Positions 33,856 through 46,168 of a stretch of 64,000 nucleotides of DNA are shown here, piece by piece. The notes beneath the pieces are model-generated. The model saw nothing but the letters and a program-made list of their open reading frames with translations, made no database searches and had not been told where the DNA came from. Position numbers and translations under genes: made by a program. Numbering within the stretch: the stretch's first letter is position 1; every line of letters begins with the position of its first letter. Origin of the DNA: Macrostomum lignano. Taxonomy: Eukaryota. The stretch covers positions 124,001-188,000 of the forward strand of contig NIVC01001568.1 in the NCBI GenBank assembly GCA_002269645.1, given 5' to 3'.

Positions 33856-34901
33856 TCAAGGTAGCAAAGCCAGGCCACGAGCGCCGAGAAAAAAAACGCC
33901 AAAGGGCCAATAAAACGAGCGAGTGAGCAGACAAGAGGCCAGGCAGGCGACGACCCGCCTAGCTGCCGCCCGACGGCGGGCAAAGGGCGCCTCATCAGAG
34001 AAATACCGAAAGACGCAGTCTGAACGCCAGTCGCCCATGCAACGGATGTCGGCGATTGAGAGGCCTGATTGAAAGGCAGCGCTGGCCCCGCCTCTACGCA
34101 GACTGTGACCAGAGAAGCCGCACTCGCCAAAGCCGCACAGAGACATGCCCCGCTCTAGGAGCCGGATGAACATAGCGGCAGAAAGGTGAGTCCAGCTGCG
34201 GCTTCCTAGGACAGAAAACAGAACTGCTGCGACGTGTAGATTAGATTCTCGCGCAGATGAGTTGCTAGTGCAGAAGCGGGACAGATAAGCAGGCATTCGG
34301 AGGCCTGCGGTAGAAAAACTTCCAGTTGCCGCTCCTTGAATTGGTTTGTCTTTGACCTGTTGAGCACCAGCCGCAGGCCGCCGGGGCACGCTGATAGGCA
34401 GCTCCGGGGAAGAGCGTCCGCAGCGGTGGATGGTAAGAGCTCGCTGAGCCTAAGGACTCCCCACCAGGCCACCAGAAATGCTGCCTTGAAGGCGCCAGCA
34501 GACGGGGGCGGCAGCGAATGATGTACATGTAGCTCGGTGGAGCTGCAAAGCAGGCGGAGGTGGCTGGGTTTCAGCGGCGTCGCACGCCGAGGCTGCCGGC
34601 TCAGAAGACGCCGGGCTCCGCGACACACGAGAGCCAAGCGGGCGCTGTCCTTAGTCGGGTCCGGCGACGCAGAAGCCCTATGTAGAAAAGACACCGCGCT
34701 CAGGCTTGACTGTACACGAGAGAGTGACGCCGGTCCACGTTGTAAAAGGGCCGCGACGAATTGGCAGACATCAGACTCGGAGGCGGCGGTTGCGGGGATT
34801 TGACGCTGCCGGCAGAATTCGTTCCAGACTTGCAAGTGGCTCGCATAGGACTTCCTGGAACTAGGCGCTAGTGACAGGCGGCACAGAGCGGACACAGACA
34901 C
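33856..34901 (-). pseudogene. Tyrosine recombinase (frameshifted): SAM-like N-terminus + catalytic domain
   Basis: LAPSSRKSYASHLQVWNEFC; WWGVLRLSELL; LNRSKTNQF; CPASAL; GHSLRRGGASAAFQSG..IRCMGDWRSDCVFRY (R-K-HxxR-W-Y set), split over two frames. Confidence 0.9.
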
Positions 34902-34989
34902 GGTGGAGCGGAGCGGAGCGCGGCTGCGACCTGTGAATGAAGAGCAGTGCGAGACACGGCAGAAATGGTGTGGGAAGCAAATTCAAAAA

Positions 34990-36500
34990 GGCAAATGTAT
35001 AAAGAGCCGTAAAGACGGCAGCAAAAATTCATGAGCTCTCTGCTCGAGCCCCCCATTCTAGAAGCGGAGTCGCTCAGCAGCTGCATCTCGCCAGGAAGGT
35101 GGAACGCCTGGAGCTGAATTCCCGACGTGAGGCAAACGAGAGCAACGGTCTGATAGATGCGAATGAGCAGAGGATGCCGACAGGACAGCTTATTGACCAT
35201 GCCGACGGCAGCAGTGTATCCGATTAAATCACCACACGGCTGTTCCTAAGCTGCTCACCGAAGCGCAGGATGGTAAGCAGCGGACCCAGTGCCTCCTTGT
35301 GGTTGATGTGGAGGTCGCGGAACTTGCTCTTGAAGTCCTTCTCCCAGCTGAAGTACGTCCAGTCATTGAATTCGCTGCCAAAAACGATGCCAGCAGCACC
35401 CTCGCAACTGCTATCAGATTCGATTGCCACAAGTTGACGAAAACGAGGGCAAATGACCGTCGGCGGCAGAGAACTCACGACATGCCGCCACCAGATGAAG
35501 AGGTTGCGAAGCTCAGATGGCGGCCGGATGTCCGTTCTGTTGCTGATGATGTCGAAGAGCGGGGGCAGAAAAGGGCGCAAAAGCCTGTTGATCTGGCTGA
35601 GCCAGCATGACTTCCCGGCCAGTTTTTCGAGCTGCTTCAGCTTGACAACGTCACGTGACAGGCAATCGTTCAGCAGTTTCCGAATGTCGTCTTTCTTGTT
35701 GCTTGGAAGCGACAGGGTGCCATTCACAGTGTCGACCAGCACACCGAGGAACACAACCTGTTGAGCTGGAGCCACGGTCTTCTGCCAGTTGATGTCGAAG
35801 CCTAAGTTCTGCAGCAGATTCATCAGATAATTGGAGGCCTCCTGAGCCGCTTCTTCAGTATCACCGCCTACTGCCCAGTCGTCCAAGTAGTTGACGGTAG
35901 CTATGAAGCCAACGCTGAGCATGTGGCGCTTGATGCAGGGCGATAAGCAATGGAAAATTTCACATGACGCTCGAGCACCAAAGGGCAACCGGGTGTCAAC
36001 GAGCACCGAGTCTTCGCAGTCGGCGGCGAACCGCCAACTGAGGCCTGTGAGCGCCTGGTCGTCTGGGTGAATACCGACGGAACGATAGGCCTGCTTGAGG
36101 TCGATTTAGCCGATAAACGAGCTGGAGCGAAGATGCCGGCTAAGGTCTTGGACAGAGGCAAAGAGCAGCCCCTTTTCCTGCTTCTTCTGGACCCCGAAGG
36201 TCTAGAAAGGTCATGAATGACCCGGACACTGCCGTCAGATTTTGGAATCGCCCCGATGGCGTTCACCATGACAGGGCCGTTGGCAAGCTGCAGGCGGCTG
36301 AGACGGAGCTCCTCGGCAAACTGTTCATCAACCTACTTGGCTTGGTCCAAGGCCAAGCGGTAGTTGGCGGAGCAGGCAAGAGAAGACGGTGACCTATTGA
36401 CGAGCCGAAAGCCGTAACTTGTAGCAGCACCAAAGCATTCATCATTTATTCTAATTATTTCTTATTCTATATTCCAATCGCTTTAGTTCACCCATAGACA
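34990..36500 (-). pseudogene. DIRS/Ngaro RT-RNase H, disrupted by stops and frameshifts
   Basis: NAIGAIPKSDGSVRVIHDLSRP; IDLKQAYRSV (preceded by an in-frame TAA at ~36049); RLPFG; NYLDD; ESDSS..HINHKEA; AFHLPG..SDSASR. Confidence 0.9.
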
Positions 36501-36584
36501 CTTCTGTACTATTCGTTCGCCCCAGCGCTAAATAGCCCCCAACGCAATGACAAAATATACTTTAAAACCTCCCGCTTTTGCTAG

Positions 36585-37994
36585 CTATCTTCGAAGTGCC
36601 ACATACACTCGTAAGCTTGTAGCCCCACTAAGGCCGCTGCGAAGAAAATTTTCGTCTTGGTCACCCAGAAGCAGCAGCTCCCAGGCGGCCAGGTCCATGT
36701 CGAACGATAGAGAGCGGTGCGGTGGAGAGAGCAGGGTGAGAGCGGGGCAATGAGCAGAGGGAGGCAAGATAAAAGGCGAGGGTAAACGGGGGTTTAAAAC
36801 CGGGCGGCTATAAAAAAGATCTAGTTTTTTTGCTCCCTCCACAGCGTCGCCGCCGACGCTGGCCGGACGGTGCTGGTGCGCGGGGTGCGGCCGGCCGCAG
36901 TCGCGCAGCTTGCAGACGTGACGGTACTGGTACTTACAGGAGGAACGCTGGCAGCCGGCAGGGGAGTTGTAGCTTAGACAGACGTGTGCTTGCGACTGGT
37001 TGGATGCTGGTCTGCTCAGGGTGACTTTTAAGTTTCTAGGTGCGTTAAGGTGTCGGTGGTACAGCTGTGGAGGCTCGCAGCCCCATCGATGCGAATCCGA
37101 GTCTGAGATCAACTTTCTGTAGTCCTCATCGAATTCCCACACGACACTTGGACTGTAGTTGGCGTCTAAGAGCTCGCCGATCTTCTGTGTGTACTCCAGA
37201 TAGCCTTTTAATTCGTCAACATTGACAGATCCGTCCTCATTCATGTGAATCAGCGACCCATCATCAACTAGACGAAGCAAAATCTTAAAGTTCCCTGCAA
37301 TCCACTGGTCGACAGAGATTTTCCCCAAGCTGGGTGGCTGCTGCTTGAACACCAGGTTGCCGTTCTCCATGCAGGCTGCAAGGCTCTCATTAGGTTGATT
37401 TGAACTGGGCTTGACAAAATCGCGAATCAGATAAGCCCGGCTAGGCTTTTTGTCACACTGGCTTCTGCAGGGATCTGTAAGAGCGCCGCCTAACAAAAAC
37501 GCCTCATGCAAGCCAGCATTCTCTCTCCGCTCACCTTGTTGTGGAGGTTCCTGCGACTGGTTGAGCTCGCTTTGCAGTTGTGCGCGGCGCCGAGTCAGGG
37601 CTTCGATCTCCAGCTGCTCGACCTCTTTCCTCAGAGCCGCCAGGTCGCTCGCCGCGCTCCCTGAAGCTCCGTGTTCACCCGTCGAATGACCACCGTCGAT
37701 GGTGTCTGAGTCGAGGCTTGCGTCGTCACTTTTTGGTGCAGCTGAACCCTCAGACATAGCACTCAGGTGTTTGTGTAGACGCTCGTAGAGCTGTTGTTTG
37801 CGACCAGCTTGAGAGAGGCCTCGCTGAGCTACGAGCGTAGCTCTTGTTTGAGCTGTTTGGTTGTAAAATTGCCGTGCGCTTTCCATGTCGGTAAAAAATT
37901 GAGCTGCAAAGCCAGAGCGAGCGACGTGGCACAGAGGACGGCGCACAAAGGCGACACAAAGTACAGTGCGAGGAGGGGGATGGCTAACACTCAT
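36585..37994 (-). CDS. DIRS/Ngaro Gag-like ORF1 (SAP-like motif, coiled coil, CCCH/CCHH finger)
   Basis: RGLSQAGRKQQLYERL; CLSYNSPAGCQRSSCKYQYRHVCKLRDCGRPHPAHQH; intact 469-aa frame. Confidence 0.8.
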   Translation of the reverse strand: MSVSHPPPRTVLCVAFVRRPLCHVARSGFAAQFFTDMESARQFYNQTAQTRATLVAQRGLSQAGRKQQLYERLHKHLSAMSEGSAAPKSDDASLDSDTIDGGHSTGEHGASGSAASDLAALRKEVEQLEIEALTRRRAQLQSELNQSQEPPQQGERRENAGLHEAFLLGGALTDPCRSQCDKKPSRAYLIRDFVKPSSNQPNESLAACMENGNLVFKQQPPSLGKISVDQWIAGNFKILLRLVDDGSLIHMNEDGSVNVDELKGYLEYTQKIGELLDANYSPSVVWEFDEDYRKLISDSDSHRWGCEPPQLYHRHLNAPRNLKVTLSRPASNQSQAHVCLSYNSPAGCQRSSCKYQYRHVCKLRDCGRPHPAHQHRPASVGGDAVEGAKKLDLFYSRPVLNPRLPSPFILPPSAHCPALTLLSPPHRSLSFDMDLAAWELLLLGDQDENFLRSGLSGATSLRVYVALRR

Positions 37995-39571
37995 TTCACT
38001 CCAGGCTCACCCCCTAAGAGAAATGGAGGCAGTAGAAAATTTCCAAAAATTGAAAAATGCGATACATTTTGATTTTATTGATTTTTTTCAACTTTAGACG
38101 CCTACATCTCTGCGTCTCTGCGTCCTGTTGTCCAGCCGCTTCGGTATTGTCCTGAGCGGCGGCAGGGGCTGACTGAGAGGCACCGGGGGTTCCGGTGTTG
38201 CAAATGTCCGGCTGGGCCGCGGTACCAACCTTGGTTGGTGCTCCAGCAGTCTCGGGCGTGTCGGAGGTAAAAGAATACTCCATGAGTCGCTGAAAGGCGA
38301 ATGGGACTAGAAGTAAGAAGCTGCTGGGCCGTAACCCCAAACCCAACAGCCAGCCAAAAGATAGCGACCGGGGAGTGGCTTAATCCCTTACCGGCGCGAC
38401 CGCTAGCAACCGAGAAACTCCCCGGCTAAGAGCCCGGCTTGGAGAAACCAGAGGCCGAACCAAAGGACCACACTGGGCCCTTGAGGGGGACAAGAGGCTG
38501 TCCCCGGAGCCTGCGGACTGGTCGCATACTCTGTTAAGGTCAGAGGGTGATGCCTGTTCCTCAGAGCCGTGGCCAGAGGTACCTGATACGCACAGGTTCA
38601 CTTCCGGGCGGAGACCGTACCCATGAACACAGCCAAGACCGAGATCAAGGCTACGGGTGGGTTTGCCGCCGCCGGAGCCCAGTCAGTCCAGCAGTCCTAG
38701 AGCTGCCTTGAAAACTTGCGGGACGTGAACCCCTAGGTCGGCTTGTGAGTCAGCTTGAAGAGATCTCCTGCTATTCCTGAACCAGAATAAAGGGGGTGCA
38801 GGTGTGTAGGATCACAGACCTTAGCTCATAAGGCCTGGTCTGTCTCATGCTGCACAAGCGTGCTGAACCCACTATACTCGTAGCATGCGCAGCAGTAGCA
38901 CATATAGCAACATGCTTGATGTCATTTTGTAGCAAACATTCAGCTGTATAAATTTAAGTTGAAACCAGACAAAGTTAGAGGGCCCCACTAAGGCATTTCC
39001 AGCTGCTAACAGGGCGTCACCGACAGCCTGCAGTTCCACTTTTACACTGTTCAATAGCCGCTTTACAATCGTATCTTGCTACTCGATAGTAGGCGATTTC
39101 CTGGGACTCAGAGTACGAGTATTGATGGATGTTTGACAGTTGATTGACTTCATTCCGGACACAGTTAGAAAGGAGCTATAAGAGTGTGCTCATGGTCGGA
39201 ACATGCAAATTAGCCCGTTGGCTCTGCAAAGTTAAGTTTGTCAAGACAGGTGTGAAATCATATTGCATTGCAGTAATAACATGTTTAACACCGAATTTAT
39301 TTGTTTGTTGCTTTTTCAATTCAGAATCTGCTTCACAGTGGCGACAATCAATTTTAGTTGCCACGAAGAAGAGGTGGAAAAATCCACCTGGACAATTTTC
39401 AGAAATAAAGTAGAAAAAATGTGAAAAGCGGTAGAGGGCTGCGCTAAAAACAAAAAACTCTTGCTTAAATTAGCAGCATACGAGCTAAACTTGTTATTCT
39501 CTGCTTGTTTGCAGGATTTTGATTCACCTATGCAGTTAAAATTCATTCAGCTTCTTAGTGTCTTTCTGGTA

Positions 39572-40342
39572 TCACTTCTTCACCCAGACCCACTGGGCCT
39601 CGCTGGCGATGTCGCTGGGCACGGCAGCGAATCTCATGAGGCGGCACATCCGGCTGGACTGTACGAAGGCGCAGGCGAGGCAGTCCGGGTTGCGGTGGCA
39701 GACGGCCGCGCACTCGATGCCGCTTCCAGCCGTAACGCTGCGGTAAACGATGGAGCTGGCGGAGGCTGCGATGCTCGGCATGGAGGCAACGGGAACTTTC
39801 GTTAGTTTCGGTCCAACTGTAAATTAGGAAGGAGTTTAAAAGTTGTATAAATCGTTAGGATAAAAACTGTCTTAACTTATTGAGAGAATCACGAAATTCT
39901 TGGCGCAGAACCCACTCGGTGGGTACAGAGACTCATAGATGGAGTTCCTCGAGTCGCCGCCGCACTCCTGAGACGTGTTCCCTGTGCAAGGGTAGTTGCA
40001 GTCGGCGGCAGCAGCGACGCCTTTCGAGCCGTAGGTCGAGCCGCAGCAGCAGAAAATGCGGCTCTGGGTACCGAAGTAGCGAAAGCGGCCGTAGGAGCAG
40101 ATTTCTCTGCACATCTCCAGCGTCAGAGATGCTTCTAGGATGAAGGCCGGGTTGCCTGGGTCATATGAGTAGGGTCCCAAAGTAGTGACCCCATCCAGAC
40201 CGACCAGGTCCCTGTCACCGTTGCCTCCGTCAACGTAGCAACCAAGGTACTGATGGCCCAGCGGCTGCGGAGGCAGCAGCACCGCTGAACAAAGGTAGCC
40301 CTGCACCAGCAGCTGCAGGAGGGCCTGAGCGGGGCGGAATAT
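39572..40342 (-). CDS. WSC-domain + PAN/apple-domain secreted protein, copy 1 (start codon reads ATA; possible pseudogene)
   Basis: YLGCYVD..LTLEMCREIC..YFGTQ..CCCG..CNYPCTGNTSQECGG (WSC); short intron; ECAAVCHRNPDCLACAF..CRL (PAN-like). Confidence 0.75.
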
Positions 40343-41599
40343 TGGCTCAGCGACGGGTTGCGACGAATAGCGGAGGGCTGAGTCCGAATCAGTCTGGTAA
40401 TTTCAAGTTCTCCACAGACTTTTTATAACGGCCGGTGTCCGCCCCACCCCTATTGTTTTTTTGCCCCGGCTCAGGGACTTCTTGATAGAGCATCTGGATT
40501 GGAAGCTCCCCACCCCAAACATTTCATGGGGGATCAAAACTGATAGCCAGTCAAATCAAGGCAATCGCCCAGCAGTCAGTTATGCTAGATGAAGCAATGG
40601 CTCAAAGCTCATAAAAAATGTACTCGCTCCGAAGGGTCATCCACACCATTGTCTTAAGCCAACTTTGCCCGAAAAGGACCAAGAGATCCTGGCGGAAAAA
40701 AACATTCTGTCCTATACAAGGTCTACAGAACGTCATGCAGGACGTGGACGCTCCATTGTGGTAAAATTGGACCCAGGGGTTCTAATAGTATCTGAAGCTC
40801 TTTTCAAATGCACATTTTGGCATGCAATGTAGCTGATATTATAAACCATTATTCTCAGTTGCTACGGAACTTTGCCAACCAAATTCACGAGCAAATTCCA
40901 TCGCAAGAGCTTCGTGAGTTTCTCAAATACAATCTCATATTTCTGATTGGGCTCAGCTGATTCAACGCAGATCAACCATCTGTGTGACGCATCTTCTGAG
41001 CTTGCTGTGTTTTCATACATGTACTCTCATGTTTTAATCGCAATTACTTTTGGCCGACTGTAGGCTGCGCTGAAACGATGAAGGTCAAGAGTCAGAGCTG
41101 TACCAGTGGATGCGCCGGAACTGTAAACCTGCTGTTTACTCAAATGAATATAATCCACTGTGAGCTCACACGTCAGCTGGGAGTCCAGACAGATACACGA
41201 TACCTGAAAAAGCCAGCATCAGCAACTTCCGAAGTTCGGAGTCAAAGAGAACATTGTGAAGTTCGCTTGAGCTTGAATCCGGCCAGACATTTAACTAAGG
41301 AAGTTAATTGGTGAGGAATACCTGCTCAGTTGAGTAGCATATCCTAGTAGTTCTGCAGAATTCGCATACAACAGGTTCAGTGTAGAATGTAGATGAAGGA
41401 ATGATACACCGTGCCAAAGGCTGGGCAACATATGTTATAATGAAAAAATCAAATTAATACCTGTAGTTACCTCAAATTTGCACTGGCAATGCGTTCAGCT
41501 GGGCCTATGTACTTCATCGGTTTCTCTTTCTGTAAACAGGGGTCGGCAAAGTCTTTGAAGTGGCGTCGTTTTAAGAGCCAGATATAGAATCTAACACAG

Positions 41600-41870
41600 G
41601 ACTGCGGGACAGAGGGAGGAGAGGAGAGTAAAGAGATGAAATAAATGAGAAAAGGGGAGAAGAGAGAAAAGAGAAGAGAAGGGATATGAGAGAGGAGAAA
41701 GGAGCTGAGGGGAGAGGGGAGAGAGGAGAGGGGAAGGAGGGGAGAGAAGGACAGAGGGGAGAGAGGGGAGAGGTGAGATGAGAGATTAGAAGGGAGACGA
41801 GGGGAGAAGGGAGAGAGGGAAGAGGAGGGGAGAGAAGGGAGGAGAAGGGAGGAGAAAAAGGAAAAGAAAG
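41600..41870. repeat. Polypurine (GA-rich) low-complexity tract
   Basis: Direct reading. Confidence 0.85.
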
Positions 41871-42418
41871 CTGATAAGAGGCACAAGCCTTAAGTTGGCT
41901 AATGTGAAGTTTCACGGACCTCAGGCTGGATGGAGGCTTCGCTAGCCGCGACTCCTGCTGTAAAGCATACACAGTACACTGCTGGTTTCTTCTCTATATC
42001 AGACATTGCTCTGGCTTGTTCTCGTCGCATAAAGATTATTCAGTCACTGTCGATATCTGCTTTCTAGTTTACTGGCTAACTGGATTCTCCAGTCCAGAGC
42101 ACTGTATGAATAAGCTTTTGAGAAAATTCGACTGCCAGCAGGGCAACGCATTGGCAGGAAGACGCAACTCTTGATGGCTTTTCTGTTTTTCGCTTTTTCA
42201 TTGCCAGAGTGAATTTTTTATAACTTTAGCTGCTCTGTGCTCTTCGAAGACTCGAAATTGAGTACGAAATGACCCGGTTTGATTCCTACGACACTCGAAA
42301 GCACTGGGCCGTTTTGCTTTCTTGTCTTTGCCATTGTACAGTGGTCGTACAGAATAGAATCGTGGGACCAATCAGCAAGACATACAAAAAATCAGGACAC
42401 ATGTATGCATATCAGTCA

Positions 42419-42695
42419 GGGGGCCGTAGCCTAGTGATCTGATGTGCCAACGGCCCAGGCTTGATTCAAATTTCAGTCACATTAATTTGGGGCTAAATTG
42501 GAATCTCGGCTTGGCTCTGCTCGTGCAATTAACGACGTTGAAGGCCAACCCCAAAGGCACAGTGAAGTGGCCGCTGTACACTCCTGTGTGAGTGTGTGCC
42601 TGTGCGTATGACTGCGTATCAAGTGTGCCCGCTCAGGGGAGTCGGCGGAATGGGCAGTAATGCCTCTCGCCGGTTGTCGAGAATGTCGCTTTAAG
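42419..42695 (+). mobile_element. tRNA-derived SINE-like element, family A copy 2
   Basis: GGGGCCGTAGCCTAGTG head; body matches the reverse complement of 15232-15500 (ATTAATTTGGGGCTAAATTGGAATCTCGGCTTGG etc.). Confidence 0.7.
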
Positions 42696-43254
42696 TGGTC
42701 AAGGGTGCACAAAGCCCCGTGCTTCTAAAAAAATAATGAATGTTAGACAAGTGTTGGACTTGCATTTTGCATTTCCTTGCATTGCTCTACACCTTGTTCT
42801 GCCTCTGATTCCAGCCCAGTTGCTATGTTAGAAAGTCCCTGGGCCGCTGCATTGTTCAAAGTCCATTCATCTGCACGAAAAGGGTTGATTAAAGCAGTCA
42901 GACTTTGCCGCAACAATGGAAGAAGTGGCATGCAGCAGCTATTGTCTCACTGATTCCGGCTTGCAGCATGAGAAGTCGTCCCTTTCAAGGGACACTGGAT
43001 GGAGCTGAAAAATCTCGATGGGGCCTAAATGGGTCTCCTAATGGTTTGCCATTACGCGTACAATAAAAGGTTGGAAAGTCGCTAACAATGCATGGATTTT
43101 TTGATACTTTTCGATTCAGGTGGACTTTTTATGCGTTATCTGTAGCAGAGAAACATTTCTCCCCATACTAGCTCGTACATGGAAGTTAATCTCAGTGAAC
43201 AAGAGGCAAAAACGTACGTATTTGTTGAAATTCACTGCTTGAATTGGCCGAGGG

Positions 43255-43558
43255 TGAGGGTTGTAACCCAGTGGTAAGAGCGTCGCACTCGCGACTGAAA
43301 GGTCTAGGGTTCGATTCTCGATCCACTCGGAACAATTGTGACAGTGTCACAAGGCTTGAGCGCAGAGAAGGACCGCGCCGCAGACAGGATCTCTGGGGCT
43401 CCGGCGTTAGCCAGCAGACAGTCGACGAAAAACTCCTGTGCGTGCCTGTCCTTGCCGGTTGGATGTCCACAACGTCAGCCGCGGCATCTCCTGTGCCAGC
43501 TTTGAAGTGGCTTGCTAGATGGAGTCGCGGACGGGAAAGAGAGCTGCTTTAAAACAAC
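43255..43558 (+). mobile_element. tRNA-derived SINE-like element, family B
   Basis: A-box-like TAACCCAGTGGTAAG and B-box GGGTTCGATTC at tRNA spacing; the anticodon arm is not canonical (4-nt loop); unrelated GC-rich body follows. Confidence 0.6.
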
Positions 43559-43818
43559 CAGCTTCGATTCTGTGCAGGGCTTCAAGGGCTTTACTTGTCG
43601 TGCGATTCACGTCCATGAAGGCCAGCTTCGATTCTGTGCAGGGCTTCAAGGGCTTTACTTGTCGTGCGATTCACGTCCATGAAGGCCAGCTTCGATTCTG
43701 TGCAGGGCTTCAAGGGCTTTACTTGTCGTGCGATTCACGTCCATGAAGGCCAGCTTCGATTCTGTGCAGGGCTTCAAGGGCTTTACTTGTCGTGCGATTC
43801 ACGTCCATGAAGGCCAGC
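43559..43818. repeat. 64-bp tandem repeat, 4 perfect copies
   Basis: Units start at 43559, 43623, 43687 and 43751. Confidence 0.95.
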
Positions 43819-44689
43819 CCCCGAAGTATTTGCGAATATGCTTGACGATGAGAGAAATTCAGGGCCGCCGTACACCCTCCTTGAGTGCGTGGCTGCGAGT
43901 CCGCTGTCGCTTTGACTCGCAGCGCCACAGCCCCCCCCCCCAGTTCGAGTCCGTCCGGTTGGGGTTCGGGTGAATTCAGTGAAAGAGTTTCGGACAATGG
44001 TGAAAATTCAGAGGCAGCTGTCACCATTCAAAGTAGCGCTTTCAGGAGAGAACAATGGTAGCCGAGGCAAGGAAGTTGCTTTGTAATTCCTAATCTGCTA
44101 AAGCTAGGAAGTTTAAATCGTAAAAAAATGCCCCACCGCATCATTGATCCGTTCTGGGTAGCAGTGGCTCCGGGAGCATCCTTTAGCTCGCTTCATTCGA
44201 GACTCCCCAGCTCATCGTCCAGGTAAAAGCGGAGATTGGGAGTTTTTTTGCTTAAAATAGACCTTAGTTTTGTGTTTTTTTAAAAATCCCTAGTGATGGG
44301 GGTTGACTGCAAGTCATAAAGTTTATTAACCATATGCTGGATTGCAACCATGCGATCGGGGGCTATTCATCCAGTATCATTCAATGTGACAAACAATGTC
44401 GTAAAAGAGATAAAAAACACTGGAGTAGAACAACGCAAACCACGGTGACTAGAAACGGTTCTTGTCACAAAAAAGAGCTCGTACGTCCTCTGTTGGAGGC
44501 TGTTTCACAAGATTCACGGAATTCACGAGGACCCCTGGCGCTTTTGAAGTTATGACTTAAAACCCTAAAAGTTATGGCCATTTATCAGTTTTTTCAACTT
44601 TCTATTTGCTGAAAGTCAAAATTGATTGATTGAGTGCTTCATTGATCGTTCATTAAAAAAATTACACAGTTGAACTGACACCTCTGGTG

Positions 44690-44900
44690 CTGGCGCCCCT
44701 ATTGCTGGCGCCTCTTGGTTCTGGCGCCAATGGTTCTGGCGCCAATGGTGCTGGCGTCAATGGTGCTGGCGCCTTTTGTTGCTGGCGCCTTTTGGTGTTG
44801 GCGCCAATGGTACTGGCGCCTTTTCATGCTGGTGCCCCTGGTGTTGGCGCCCCTGGTGCTTAAGCCCCTGGTGCTAAAGCCCTGATGCTAAAGCCCCAGG
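44690..44900. repeat. Degenerate ~15-bp repeat with CTGGCGCC core
   Basis: Direct reading. Confidence 0.75.
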
Positions 44901-45396
44901 TAAAAATACTTTTTAAAACTAATCAATATATTCCTAAAAAATCGATACATACATGTACATGTGTTATATGAAATATATCGTACCTTTATTTGAAAATGAT
45001 TCACCAAAACCGTGAATAAAGCTCTTTAGTTTTAGCTAAAAGTGCTTCAACATGTAAATCGAGGGTAATTTTCTTAACCTAGCTTTTAACTCCTTCAATT
45101 CGGCACTAAAGACTTGAAAAGTTTCCAAAGCCATCAAATTCATTTAAGATTTCATAAATCCCTTCCAATTAAGTTATTGCATGGGTCGCAGTCGCGTGGG
45201 GGGATTTATTTGCTCGCTTTTAGCGCGTACGATGCGGCGTAAAAGTGCGTGGTGGAAACCAGGTTGAGTAGGACTGTTGAACTATTTTCAAACGGTATGT
45301 CAGCTGTTCCAAGAAGTTAGGCTTGGTTCCGAATATCAGGTTGAACATCACTTGGCTCGTACTTCCTGCTTCCGCTTGCTTTACTGATTGTCAGGC

Positions 45397-46168
45397 TCAC
45401 GGCTTCACCCAGACCCACTGGGCCTCGCTGGCGATGTCGCTGGGCACGGCGGCGAATCTCATGAGGCGGCACATCCGGCTGGACTGCACGAAGGCGCAGG
45501 CGAGGCAGTCCGGGTTGCGGTGGCAGACGGCCGCGCACTCGATGACGCTTCCAGCCGTAACGCTGCGGTAAACGATGGAGCTGGCGGAGGCTGCAATGCT
45601 CGGCATGGAGGCAACGGGAACTTTCGTTAGTTTCGGTCCAACTGTAAATTAGGAAGAAGTTTAAAAAGTTGTATAAATCGTTAGGATAAAAACCGGTTTA
45701 ACTTATTGAGAGAATCACGAAATTCTTGGCGCAGAACCCACTCGGTGGGTACAGAGACTCATAGATGGAGTTCCTCGAGTCGCCGCCGCACTCCTGAGAC
45801 GTGTTCCCTGTGCAAGGGTAGTTGCAGTCGGCGGCAGGAGCGACGCCTTTCGAGCCGTAGGTCGAGCCGCAGCAGCAGAAAATGCGGCTCTGGGTACCGA
45901 AGTAGCGAAAGCGGCCGTAGGAGCAGATTTCTCTGCACATCTCCAGCGTCAGAGATGCTTCTAGGATGAAGGCCGGGTTGCCTGGGTCATATGAGTAGGG
46001 TCCCAAAGTAGTGACCCCTTCCAGACCGACCAGGTCCCTGTCACCGTTGCCGCCGTCAACGTAGCAACCAAGATAGCGGTGGCCCAGCGGCTGCGGAGGC
46101 AGCAGCACCGCTGAACAAAGGTAGCCCTGCACCAGCAGCTGCAGGAGGGCCTGAGCGGGGCGGAACAT
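45397..46168 (-). CDS. WSC-domain + PAN/apple-domain secreted protein, copy 2 (intact ATG)
   Basis: MFRPAQALLQLLVQGYLCSA signal-like start; same WSC and PAN-like motifs as copy 1; one intron of ~55-100 nt (acceptor at ~45644, donor ambiguous). Confidence 0.85.

Larger units (their letters stand above)
33856..37994 (-). mobile_element. DIRS-order (Ngaro-like) tyrosine-recombinase retrotransposon, decayed
   Basis: Gag-like ORF, RT-RNaseH and YR are all on the same strand; no methyltransferase seen; terminal repeats not identified. Confidence 0.9.

Noticed and set aside
38010-38110. Spliceosomal intron joining ORF 38014-38346 to DIRS ORF1
   Set aside because: The AT-rich GT..AG segment exists, but splicing leads to a stop and does not join ORF1 in frame.
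33600-38900. Split direct repeats or ITRs of the DIRS/Ngaro element
   Set aside because: I could not find matching sequence between the two flanks by eye.
43255-43330. Functional tRNA gene
   Set aside because: The anticodon arm has a 4-nt loop, the acceptor stem is poor, and it continues into a SINE-like body.
43559-43818. CRISPR-like appearance of the 64-, 66-, 53- and 40-bp arrays
   Set aside because: The units are head-to-tail with no unique spacers, there are no cas genes, and the context is eukaryotic.
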